From positions 124,001 through 188,000 of the forward strand of contig NGBS01000879.1 in assembly GCA_002245135.1 (NCBI GenBank): a DNA stretch of 64,000 nucleotides, in the 5' to 3' direction. The translations under genes and the position numbers were made by a program. Below the pieces are notes generated by a model, which did not search any database, was not told the origin of the DNA, and saw only the letters and a list, made by a program, of their open reading frames with translations. The stretch is from Proteromonas lacertae (taxonomy: Eukaryota). The number at the start of each line of letters is the position of its first letter. The stretch's first letter is position 1. Shown in pieces: positions 1 through 11,531 of this stretch.

Positions 1-1
1 A

Positions 2-505
2 TATCAAACATGTGTAGAATGTGATAGAAAACCTGATGTTTGGTGTGTACAATGTAGAGATTTCTACTGTAAAACCTGTTCAATACTATTTCATGATAAA
101 GGAAAGAGAAAATTACATTTATTAGAATCATTATATCCACCATTAGATGAAACAGATGACAATTCAAAATTAAAACCACCAGAACCAGTTCCAACTCGTT
201 TCTGTTCATGTTGTAAGATTGAACCTTCTTATTGTCTTTGTAATCAATGTTTAGATAGTTATTGCTTGAATTGTTTTAAGAATCAACATGTTAATTCAAA
301 GAGTAGACAATGCCATACTTGGGATTATTGTGGATTTACTGAATGGTGTAGTGTATGTAAGACTGTAATTGCTAAAGTGATTTGTCCAGATTGTAAATAT
401 GCATTTTATTGTGATAATTGTTATACAATTAAACATAGAAAAGGAGGTAAAAGAACTCACAGACCTCGTCCAATTAAACAAGAGTATTTACAGAAGAATA
501 ATTAA
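2..505 (+). CDS. 3' end of a multi-B-box zinc-finger protein (starts before the window)
   Basis: Open frame from base 2: CVECDRKPDVWCVQCRDFYCKTCSILFHDKGKRKLH, followed by further CxxC..CxxC..YCxxC...H...H repeats; TAA at 503-505. Confidence 0.75.
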   Translation, partial: YQTCVECDRKPDVWCVQCRDFYCKTCSILFHDKGKRKLHLLESLYPPLDETDDNSKLKPPEPVPTRFCSCCKIEPSYCLCNQCLDSYCLNCFKNQHVNSKSRQCHTWDYCGFTEWCSVCKTVIAKVICPDCKYAFYCDNCYTIKHRKGGKRTHRPRPIKQEYLQKNN

Positions 506-570
506 ATATTATATATATATATATATATATATAAGAATATAATTTAAGAATATTTTATATATTTATTTAA

Positions 571-1500
571 TTACATGTTTATACTTTCATTATCATCTTC
601 ATCTTCTTCTTCCTCTTTTCTTTTCTTTTCTTCTTCTTTTTTCTCTTCTTCAGTCATGTACTTCTCTTCAACGTTGTTTCCAAAGAACAGCTTCTGAATT
701 GAATTACATTTACAATATTCATAGTTGAATTTCTCTCTCAGTTCAACAATTTCATCATTTTCCATATTAACAAAACTAAAATTAAAACATCTCAATAGAA
801 TTTTCTCATTTTTGTTTTTCTTCTGATTAAATTCATATTTGTAAGATTCAAACAATGAAATGCATGATTTAGTGTCTAATTCTATTGCTCCAGGTATAGA
901 GCAATCGATTATATTAATATTATACAGCTTACATGACTTCCACAATACACTTTTAATACTTACAGGTTTTTTTATGGTTAAATCACCAATATCAGATTTT
1001 GACATATCATCTTTTATCAATGTAGTTTGATCAATCAATGTATTAGAAGATATTATACAACCTTTCATATTACAATTCTGAATGCAACAGTTTCTTAAAA
1101 AACTATGTTCAATTTTGACATATCTCATGTCACAATTAACAAATCTACATCTAATTAATTCTGAATTGGAGAAGTCAGCGCAAGTAAGCACAGCATTATC
1201 AAATCTAAGCCCAACTAGCTTCATGTGTGTGAAATCTTCGTTTCTAAACTCTACATGATATTGATATTCTGGTTTCTTTTTTGTATTAATATTTACAACT
1301 GTATCTAATATTGATTCTATCTCAAAGACTGATAATTGACCATGGTTGAGATATTGAGTGTTTAAACTATTATAATCTACATCTAGCATATTATAATTTT
1401 TAAAATTAGGTCTAATAAATAAACCAGATTTAGAATTGAGTATCTCGTTTAAATCATCAGTATTAATCTTCTTTAAATGACTTACTTTTATATCTGTCAT
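571..1500 (-). CDS. Pentapeptide-repeat protein, apparently intronless, with acidic tail
   Basis: 309-aa ORF with 5-residue periodicity (EDFTH MKLVG LRFDN AVLTC ADFSN SELIR CRFVN CDMRY). Confidence 0.75.
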   Translation of the reverse strand: MTDIKVSHLKKINTDDLNEILNSKSGLFIRPNFKNYNMLDVDYNSLNTQYLNHGQLSVFEIESILDTVVNINTKKKPEYQYHVEFRNEDFTHMKLVGLRFDNAVLTCADFSNSELIRCRFVNCDMRYVKIEHSFLRNCCIQNCNMKGCIISSNTLIDQTTLIKDDMSKSDIGDLTIKKPVSIKSVLWKSCKLYNINIIDCSIPGAIELDTKSCISLFESYKYEFNQKKNKNEKILLRCFNFSFVNMENDEIVELREKFNYEYCKCNSIQKLFFGNNVEEKYMTEEEKKEEEKKRKEEEEDEDDNESINM

Positions 1501-1601
1501 GCTGTATGATTTATTTATAACAAAATTGGAGTTATAGTCTTAACCACTAATAAAATCTATTGATTAATAGAAATAGATCCAGTTATATCAGTTACATTAT
1601 T

Positions 1602-2210
1602 ATGAAATTTTCAAAACTTATCATCCTCTGTGTATTTTTAGTTTATTTTTGCTGCAGTACTGAGGCGAAAGAAAGTCAATTATCTTCCAACAATTCTTCT
1701 TTGGGTTATGGTGATTGGAGTATATTTTATAGAATTATTAGTATGATAGGTATAAAATTTGAAGATGTAAGTATGAACGGTTTTGATATATCAGGAATAA
1801 TTGCTACTAATGAATTAGTAAGTTGTATAGAAGATATTGGATTACATAATTTTACAATAGGATGTTCATGTGCAACACTAGAAAAAGATTCATACAGCGA
1901 TAGTGGAGGTGAAGGAACCAGTTTTTACTGTATGACTCTTGAATTTCAAGGTAGTTGCCCACTACTTGGTTTTTATTTTGGATGCGGTATTAGAGATGAA
2001 AAATCGAGAGAAATAATTAAATACTATACAATTGATACAGTTTATCAGAGGTTTGGAATTGGAATTAAGTGGATCATCATAATATTTGCAACAGTTGTAA
2101 TATTATTATTGGCTAGTTGTATATGGTGTTGTTGCTGCTGTTGTCATTGTTGTTGTTACAAAAGAAAAACACCAGAATATCTTCTTTCATCAGGCTATGC
2201 CCAAATATAA
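1602..2210 (+). CDS. Cys-rich type-I membrane protein, tandem copy 1
   Basis: Signal peptide MKFSKLIILCVFLVYF, probable 30-nt phase-1 intron 1720-1749, Cys ectodomain, TM helix, CIWCCCCCCHCCC, C-terminal GYAQI. Confidence 0.8.
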   Translation: MKFSKLIILCVFLVYFCCSTEAKESQLSSNNSSLGYGDWSIFYRIISMIGIKFEDVSMNGFDISGIIATNELVSCIEDIGLHNFTIGCSCATLEKDSYSDSGGEGTSFYCMTLEFQGSCPLLGFYFGCGIRDEKSREIIKYYTIDTVYQRFGIGIKWIIIIFATVVILLLASCIWCCCCCCHCCCYKRKTPEYLLSSGYAQI

Positions 2211-2950
2211 TTTTAATACATTTAATCATAAAAATATATATTAACCAGATTATAAAATGTTTTTTTTATCAAAAAATAATTATTTCATACTTTTGATTTA
2301 TATTTAATAGAAATAGATGCGTTTCATATTTTTTAAATTTTCAATTAAACTACATTTAAATTATATTGTATTAAGATCAACATTATAATGATCAACATGA
2401 CGAGAGGTACATGTCAAAAAATGTTTATGTAAGTGTAAGTAAATACAGCATTTATAACAATATAACATAGTAGTATTCCATGTATAATAATTATATCAAT
2501 CTTTAATGCATACTACTGCAATCATAATAATGATTAGTACATTTGAATGATGCTAGCAAACTCAAAAGTAAGCATTACATATTTATTAAGATATTACAAT
2601 CCAAGATATATATTCACATCATAGCAAATATAGAGGACATATTAAATATAATAATAACTTACACTAAAACAATTTATTTGCCAAAATTGGAAATGATTAA
2701 GGTATATTGTATTGCTTTTATTAATTGATTGGTTATTAATATAGTAATATTTAGTTGATACATCATAATTAATAGGCATTAGGGTTGGTATTAGCGTAAT
2801 CTAAACATGTCGCAAGAAAACATAGCGCTAAATGGTTTACCTGAAGCAGAGAAAGAAATGAAAGAAGTATGTCATAAAATTTGCAATTAAAAATTAATTA
2901 TCATTCAAATAAATTGAATTAGACACTCAGTGTGAAATAAAAATTCAAAA

Positions 2951-3569
2951 ATGCATTTCTCAAAATTCATTATCCTCTGTGTATTTTTAGTTTATTTTTG
3001 CTGTGGTACTGAGATTAATGAAAATCACGTAGCTCCAAAAAATCTTACTTCGGACTATCGTAATTGGAGTATGATATTTAGAATCTATACTAATAGATAT
3101 TCATTTAGATAATCTCGATGTATCAGTGGGTATAGATGGCAGTAGTGTATCTGGAAATGTTCAATATTCTGATAAAGATCAGTGTTTGCTTGATATTATA
3201 GAACACACATTAAGATTGAAATGTGGATGTAGTGTTTCTCCTATTGATGCATATTTTTTTTCGGCTGGAGATGGAGATATGATAAGCTGTCTTATTACTC
3301 CAGTGAAAGAATCTTGTTCATTATTTTATTTTTATTATGGTTGTGCTGTAGTTGATCAAGATACTGGTTATACTGTAACTTTTGAAGCTATTGATACACT
3401 GACTCATGGGTTGGGAATGGATCGTATATGGGTATACGTTATATTTGTTGCAATCGTTGCATTAATATTAGGCTGCTGTATATGGTGTTGTTGTTGCTGC
3501 TGTCATTGCGGCTGTTACAAAAGAAAATCGCCAGAATATCTTCTTGCAGAAGCTTATAGCAAAGTGTAA
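2951..3569 (+). CDS. Cys-rich type-I membrane protein, tandem copy 2
   Basis: ATG 2951 (MHFSKFIILCVFLVYF); a 28-nt GT-AG intron at 3069-3096 joins it to ORF 3126-3569; same Cys pattern; ends YSKV. Confidence 0.85.
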
Positions 3570-3676
3570 TGATTATTACCTCTATAGCATTTACTTGCAA
3601 AATGTTGATTTATTTTTTTTTTTGTTTTACCAAAAAAACATCAATTGACACTCAGTGTGATAAAATTCAAAAAATT

Positions 3677-4295
3677 ATGAATTTTTCAAAATTGTTTGTT
3701 TTCTTTACATCTATTTTTTTATTTTGTGGTAGCAGCGAAATAAAAGATGATAAATTATCACACACGAATACTTCTCTGACTTATGGAAGCTGGAGTAAGA
3801 TAATTAGAATTTATTGTAATAGATATCGTAATGGATAGTGTTCATGTAAGTACTGGATTTGATGGAACTACAGTATCTGCAAAAATTCGTTACTCTAGTG
3901 AAATTGACTGTTTTGCTGATAATTTGAAATATACACTTAGATTAAAATGCAGATGTAGTTCATCACCGATTGCTGCATATTCCTTTTCATATTATGATGG
4001 AGACGAAATAACTTGTTTAGAAACCTCCAAATCAAGTGATTGTTCATTGTTTGATTTTTATTATGGCTGTGGTGTAGTTGATACAGATAATTATCGTGTT
4101 GTTTCATATCATTCTGTTGATATTGTCTATGAGTGGTTAGGAATCGACGTTGTTTGGATGATAGTTATTTGCGCTGTTGTATTGATAATTATATTGGTTA
4201 GTTGTATATGGTGTTGCTGTTATTTATGTCATTGTTGTTGTTATAATAAAAAGCTGCCAGAGTTCTATATTACGTCAGATTACACTCAAATATAA
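3677..4295 (+). CDS. Cys-rich type-I membrane protein, tandem copy 3
   Basis: ATG 3677; a 28-nt intron at 3795-3822, at the homologous position, joins ORF 3831-4295; ends YTQI. Confidence 0.85.
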
Positions 4296-4378
4296 TTTTA
4301 ATAAATTATATCAATTTATATTATATGTTTAAGATGAAATAAACAAAAATACACAAATATTCAAATAGCCGTTATACA

Positions 4379-4972
4379 ATGAATTCTTCTATTCTTCTTT
4401 TTCTTATTATATTTTTAGAATTTAGTTATGCAAAGCATACAAACTATACAAGTTATCTCAGGTCACATGATACTAAAGTTAGTTTAGACAGCAGTTTCTG
4501 TATCGAATTATATTTATTTGTTTTACTAGCATTGAACTTAAAAAATCTTAATTTTGATTTTTTAGATGGAATACATATATTTGGATATATATCATATTCA
4601 GATAAAGAAAAATGCATGATTGAGACACTTACTCACAAAATGGGTTTGCAATGCAGAGTATCAACATGGATCATGAAAAGTTCATCATTTTCATTTTCTA
4701 AAACAATGGAACATCTAAATTGTTCAAATAATGATGTAAATGTTGTTTATCAAAACATGTTTGCCTGCTATTATGGATGTGCAATAATGAATATAGATAG
4801 TAGTGAAGTGTATGAGTTTGAAACAGTTGATTTATTTAAAGAACGATATAAATGCCCTATTTGGGTTATATATGCTGCTATATCAATTGGTTTATCATTT
4901 ATTGCGGTTTGCTTAATATGTGTATGTTGTTGTTGTTGTAAATGTTGTTGTCCCTGCTTTTTATGTTGTTAA
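4379..4972 (+). CDS. Cys-rich type-I membrane protein, divergent tandem copy 4
   Basis: Signal peptide, probable 30-nt phase-1 intron 4500-4529, YYGCA motif, TM helix, poly-Cys C-terminus, no Tyr tail. Confidence 0.8.
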   Translation: MNSSILLFLIIFLEFSYAKHTNYTSYLRSHDTKVSLDSSFCIELYLFVLLALNLKNLNFDFLDGIHIFGYISYSDKEKCMIETLTHKMGLQCRVSTWIMKSSSFSFSKTMEHLNCSNNDVNVVYQNMFACYYGCAIMNIDSSEVYEFETVDLFKERYKCPIWVIYAAISIGLSFIAVCLICVCCCCCKCCCPCFLCC

Positions 4973-5090
4973 TTTTCTGTGGAATTTAATTTTTATAATT
5001 ATTTTTTCATTTTTATACATGTATTTATTAGCTAAAAGAAAAAAAAATGAAAGAAAAAATATAGAAGTGTAATAAAATAACAGATGATAG

Positions 5091-6858
5091 TCAAAATCTA
5101 CTATCAGATGGAATAGTTGGTAATGGAGATAAATCAATAGATGGTGAGTAATCATAAGGGCTTGGTGTATTAACCAAAGGACTTTCTTCATCTTCTCTAC
5201 TAATCTCAGAATAAATTTCATCAATGTTACCTTTAACCAATCTCCTTGATAATTGTATATCTTCAAATGATAATCCTCTTTTTCTAGTTCTTCTTCCACT
5301 GATATTACTTTCATCAAAAACAATATCACCAAGCCTCCCTTTTTCAAATACATTCTTTTCATCATCATTAATAACAAGATGTTTATTTTTATTTTTGTTA
5401 TATAAAAAGTGATTATTTATATATGAATGTGAGATTAATACTTTTGTTTCACTCATTTTTCTTCTTCTAATATCAATATCATTCTGTAAATTGTTTAAAG
5501 TGTCATCTATTACACTTCCATGTCGACATTTCTTGCTACATTTTATAATATTTCTAATCATTCTATTTTTCTCTTCTTCTTCTTCTTCTTCATTTATTCC
5601 TTTTACTATTTCATCTTTTCTTTTTTCATCTTCTTCATTTTCTTCTTCTTCTTCTTCTATTATCAATGGAAATTGCAATATATTGATCATTCCAGGATGT
5701 ATATAAGAAAATCCAGCAAAATCTTCATCCTTCATTGGATGTATCAACATGTTATTATCAAACTCAGGTAAGGGAGCTTCAGTGTAAATTTTATCAAAAT
5801 TTGTATCATCTTCTTCACTTATATTAAACTGAATTGGAGGTGTTATTTGTTTATGATATAATCCATCCCAATTTATATCTTTGAAAAATATATGATTCTT
5901 TAAATCACTAATTCCATTTTTTAATCTATTATTTCCAAGTCTTTTATTCACATTCTTCTCTAACAATCCTTTTAAAAATGAATTACATTCTGATGATAAA
6001 TATGGTGGTAGTTTTGGCTTTTTATTCAATATCATATCATATAATTTATTCTTATTCTTTGCTATAAATGGAGCTTTTCCAGTGAATAGTTCAAATGATA
6101 ATGCTCCTAATGCCCAAATATCTACACTTTCATCATAACCTTCACCTTTGATCATCTCTGGAGCCATATACTCTGTAGTTCCACAAATTGTCTTTGCATT
6201 TGTTTTGCCAGTTGACATGGTGGCTAATCCGAAATCTGTTATTACAATATGTCCATCAGAATCTAACAATATATTTTCAGGTTTTAAATCTCGATGTATA
6301 ATGTGGTTATTGTGAAGGTATTCTAAAGCTAAAATTATTTCAGCAATGTAGATTTTGGCTTGATTTTCTAAGATACATCCTTGTTGACGGATATGGGTGA
6401 ATAATTCACCTCCATTTATGAAATCCATTACTAAGAAGAGTTTATCTGCTGTTTGAAATGCAAACCTGAGTGGTACGATAAATGGGAAGTCTATAGCTGT
6501 TAATATTGTCTTTTCACTACAAATATAAGCAATTTGGTCTTCATCTTCTAATTTATCTTTGTTGATAATTTTCATTGCATATATTTTGTTTGTTTTATCG
6601 AATTTCACTTTATATACCTATTCTATTATTCAATTGAAATATACTTGACCAAATCCTCCACAGCCAACGCAACTTAATATCTTAAAATCTTTCAATTCCA
6701 CGGCATGTTGTGACACAGTATTTTGTGCAGATAATTCTTCACTTTCTAAGAGATTCTTTTAAACTAGTTATTATACTATTGATTTCACCAGCGGATGTTG
6801 TGTCTTTTACTTCGCCTTTACGATCTAAAGTTTCGCTGTTTTCCTCAGTATCTTGCAT
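5091..6858 (-). CDS. AGC Ser/Thr kinase, p70 S6K/RSK-like
   Basis: Two short 5' introns give ELKDFKILSCVGCGGFGQVYKV; then YAMK, HRDLKPEN, DFG, TICGTTEYMAPE, and the AGC tail NFD...FAGFSY. Confidence 0.9.
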
Positions 6859-7214
6859 GAGAAAATATTCAAAAAATGACAAAATGAATAAAATTTTGGT
6901 GCGAAAATTCTTTTTTTCGTTATTTTTGTGAAATTTTATCATTGGATTATTTCTTATTTCATTTGTCTTCGTAGAAAATTCAAAAATATGTTATATATAC
7001 TTCTCTCTAATACATACAACTCTTTGTAAAGTCAATCACTTGAAATGAAATCTCAGCTATATCTTCTGATTATATTAATTATGTATAAATTAACACAACA
7101 AAAGTATTTTTAACTATGTATATAAATTCTATTCTACAAAAAGTAAGAAAATAAAATTCTTGATTTGGCTCGTCGGTTTTCGGGTTACATTAATCTTCTT
7201 TTGCTTTTTTAATA

Positions 7215-8856
7215 ATGTATTCGTCTTTATATCGATTGAATAAAATTCCAAGAGTTGCAGCTAGGTCATTGTTACGTGTACAAGCAGCAAGTATAGAATC
7301 TGTGGTTTATTTTTAGGATTCACAATCCCTACATATATACAACATATACAATTTTCTTCTTTTGTTAATTATAGAGTATTTTGAAAATAATTTATGATAA
7401 TAGAAACAAAATTTTCACACGTCTGTATATTTAAGGGATATAGAAAATGAAAAACTCGATGAACCTAAGAAAGAAGAGAAAAATAAAGAAGAAAATCTAG
7501 AAGAGAATATAGAAGAGGAAGATATGGTTGATGAATTTTATGAAGAACAAGAAAAACTAAGAGCGAAAGGATATTCACAAGAAGAAATAGATGAAATACT
7601 ATTTAAAGAATTTGAAGAAGAAGAAAAGCCAAAAGAAGAGGAAATAAAAACAGAAGAAAAAGATTCTGTAAAAGAAAAACCAAAAGAAAAGAAATCATTT
7701 TTCTCAGGATTATTTGGTAAAAAATCATCTAAAATAGCTGTCAACAAAAAAGAAGAAACAGAAGAAATAACAGAAGAAAAAGAATCAGAAAAAACAGAAC
7801 TAAAAGAAGGTGAAGAAGGTGAAGAACAACAACAACAAACTAAAGAAATAGAAAAGAAACAAACAACTCCAAAAGTAGAAGAAAAGAAGAAAAGAGTTTC
7901 AAAATTATTCGGAAAATTTTCATTCAATTTCAAAGATGAAATAACAGGTGCATGGAGTGAATTAGTTAATCCAGATAGAACAAACAATAGATTATATAAA
8001 GAAAAAGAAGTAGAAAAGGAAGAAGAAGAAGAGCTTAATAAAACACCTGAACAAAAAGAAGAAGAAATGAAAAAAGAAACTGAAAATATCAATAAAGAAG
8101 CTGAAAAAATAAAATCACAGTTAGTTGTATCTGAATATACTACAGCTTGGGATAGATTCAGCGCATATCTTAAGAATGCACCATTAATTGAAGATATTAT
8201 GAGTGCTGGACAAAGAGTATATATATATAATATTATACATTATATAGATGAGAGAAACGGCTATAGGAGAAACAGTTACAGATTCAATTGAACATTTCCG
8301 TGAACAATGGGAAACATCACAACATCCACTTGTATATAAAATGTCTGAAGTTTATTCTGAAGTATTTTCTGAAAATGATGTTAGAGCATCTGTGAGAGAA
8401 GTTCAAAAAACTGATCCAACATTTTTGGAAATTGATTTTCAACAAGAAATTAATAATGATACAATACCTACACTATTGCATTCTTATTTAGATGGTAATA
8501 CTGATAAATTGAAGGAGATTTGTAACGAGGCTTGTTATTCTAAACTAGCTGCTGCTATTCAACAGAGAAAAGCTGATAATTTGTCTGTAGATGGTCATAT
8601 TATCAAAATTAAACCTGTTAGACTAGAAAAGGCTGTTTGTATGGAGAAAGAAAAACCAATTTTTATTTATATGACTAGTATGCATCATATAAACTGTATT
8701 AAAGACAGTAAAGGAAAGATTATTGAAGGAAGAGAGGATTTAGTGATGGAAACATTCTATTTATTTGCATTTCAACTTGAATTGGATATGAAACGTAATT
8801 CTTATGATTGGAAGTTGGCTGATATTCAACAAGCTGGTTCAATGCCAGTTATATAA
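7215..8856 (+). CDS. TIM44: Mitochondrial import translocase subunit Tim44
   Basis: Arg-rich presequence-like start, 3 introns, EQWETSQHPLV..DPTF..LKEICNEACY..INCIKDSKGKIIEG..WKL C-terminal domain. Confidence 0.85.
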
Positions 8857-8969
8857 TGACAATTCTTTTTGTTTTTATAGATTGTTTGTTCTGTGAGAGA
8901 TAAAATGAGTTTTATTCAATAAGGCTTGATAACAGTTTGATAATTGTTTTGAATTTTTATTTTTTTTTC

Positions 8970-10884
8970 ATGAGTTCTCAAGAAGAAGAAGATTATTCAG
9001 ATGAGGAAGTTACAGTCATATATCATCCTGACAATGATCCAATGAGATTGCGGGATGGTAAGACTTTGCCTCATCCTTACCCTGTTCTGTATTTTAGCAA
9101 ATAATTAATATACACTAGTTCTCCTGGAAGAACTCATTACAGTCCAAACTATGATTTGGATGATATTCCATCTTTTGGTGGTTTTGATGAGTATGTGTAA
9201 TACTATTCATATTTCTAGTGATGATATGTATATTGAAGATGCACCGAGAGAAAATCACCCCAAATATAAGCGTTTTATGAAGAAATTCAAAGCAAATGTA
9301 TTTTCTTAGTATTATACACCTAATAGAAAGATAAACTTCTTCCCTATATTTTATTTTTCATATTTTTCATATTGTCTCTGGCTTTTGTTAGAAGTTTGGT
9401 TCAGCATTATGTATTAGCTGAAAGGCGTTTATTGGACAAAGATCATGTAGTACTTACTGTATATTGACTCTTTATTATGAATATTATTATTAGTATAACA
9501 AGCTAGAATCTGAACAAAATATTCATTCACAGAAATTAGACAAATTAGAAGCAGCCTATAAAGTAATAACAGAATTGAAGAATGAGATTAACAATCTAAA
9601 CAAAAAGTTGGATAAAGCATCACAAAATCCACATACAAATTCTAAATCAGATAGAATAACTGTAGATTCTTCAGAATTATCATCATATAAAGATATAATA
9701 AATGAATTAATGAACAATAATAATGAACATTTCAAATCATATGATTCTTTAATTCCACAATTGGAATTAGTATCACTTCAAACTAATGAAAGTGAAAAGA
9801 ATATTGAAATACTGAAGAATGGATTTTTACTGTTTGCTAATGAAACTAAAACGAATATATCTCATTTACAAACACAAATGAATAATTATAATGAGATATT
9901 GAAACAATATAAGAAGATGATTGATTCTATCCAACAAAATAATAATAAAAATAATAATGACATTAAGGATAATAACTCAAATAATAATAATAATAATGAA
10001 ATTATGAATGAATATAAGTCTGAAATGAATCAAAATATTGACACTATCAAAGATACAATGAAAAATATAGAGAATGAAATGAAAATGACAAAGGGTGAAA
10101 TAGATAATGTATATATATATATATATATATACATTAATATATTTAAATAGTTGAAAACATCATTTAATGAAAGAATTGATGGATTAATATCACAACAACA
10201 ACAACAATCACAGAAACCAGAACCGTCACTACAAATCAATGACGAGCTATTATTATCCAATGAAAATACAACAGAATTAATAAAGATAATAAACCAATTA
10301 ATATCAGATAAAATGTCACAAATCTACACTCAAGATTCAATTGGAAAACCAGATTATGCATTATATGTAACTGGTACAAGAATTATCCATAATCCATTAT
10401 ATACATCTGAAACATATCATGCAGATGAAAATATTTTACAACGAATTGCCAATAAGTTTGGTTTAGGATTAACACAGAATTCACCTGAAATTGTTATTCA
10501 AGTATATTATTTCGTTTTTTATATTCCTAGCCATTTCATGCAATTGGTGATTGTTGGGCATTTAATGGTGGTTCAGGAAATGTGACAATTCAACTTGGAA
10601 AACCACTTATACCTACATCTTTTACTATAGAACATATTCCTAAGTCAATTGCTATTAATATTGATAGTGCACCAAAAACAATGAAGTTTATAGGATATAG
10701 AAATGAAGATATAATTGAATTAACAGGAAATATTACTTACGATATTAATTCTAAGAATCCACAACAGGAATTTGTTGCTAAGAAGATAAATGATCCAATT
10801 GAATTTGTTCAGTTACAAATTTATGACAATTGGGGAAATAAAGACTTCACTTGTTTGTATAGATTCAGAGTTCATTCGAATTAA
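8970..10884 (+). CDS. SUN-domain nuclear envelope protein
   Basis: Six short introns give a continuous frame: TM helix, coiled coil, PDYAL, GDCWAF, FTIEHIP, SAPK, NWGNKDFTCLYRFRVH. Confidence 0.9.
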
Positions 10885-11531
10885 TAATTTCTTTTATATT
10901 ATATAATGTTTTTCTCTTTCATTTACTTTGGTATTACAATAAAATGGAGTATAGTTTGATTATATCGGATTTTGTTTGTAATAAAGCTTATAAGCATATG
11001 ATATTTTTATACTCAACTTCAATATATACACCATCATCATCAAAATACAGTCCAAGTTATCCTCAACATTCTCTAGGTTTATTATCATTTCTATATTCAA
11101 TAATAAGCATAATAACACTGTCTAATCTATTTTGCAAACAATAAATAATATTAACTACTTAATAACAAAATATATTATGAATATTACAATATCTAAATAT
11201 TTTGTTTTGTATTTTACTTATTAATTAAATCACATCAGACACATTTTCAAATATTAATTACAATTTTATTACATGAGTTTAAGAATAATGAATATTGCCA
11301 TCATATCTCTAGTAGATTTCTTTCTCAAATCACAAACTAATGTTTATATTATGAATTATAAACTATCCCATGATATAATATTAACACCATTCATTCTAAT
11401 CTAATCAATTACATTGTAAATTATCAAGAAATTGAGACAGTTTGTGAAATAAAAATCATTTTGAAATTTGGGTTATTCAAAATTTTGATAAAAATCGAAT
11501 TTCGTTATTTTTGTTATATATTTACATAAAG

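Noticed and set aside
7538..8092. Long antisense ORFs rich in S/F/L (also 5491-5706, 39428-39694 and others)
   Set aside because: They are shadows of GAA/AAA-rich or low-complexity sense exons.
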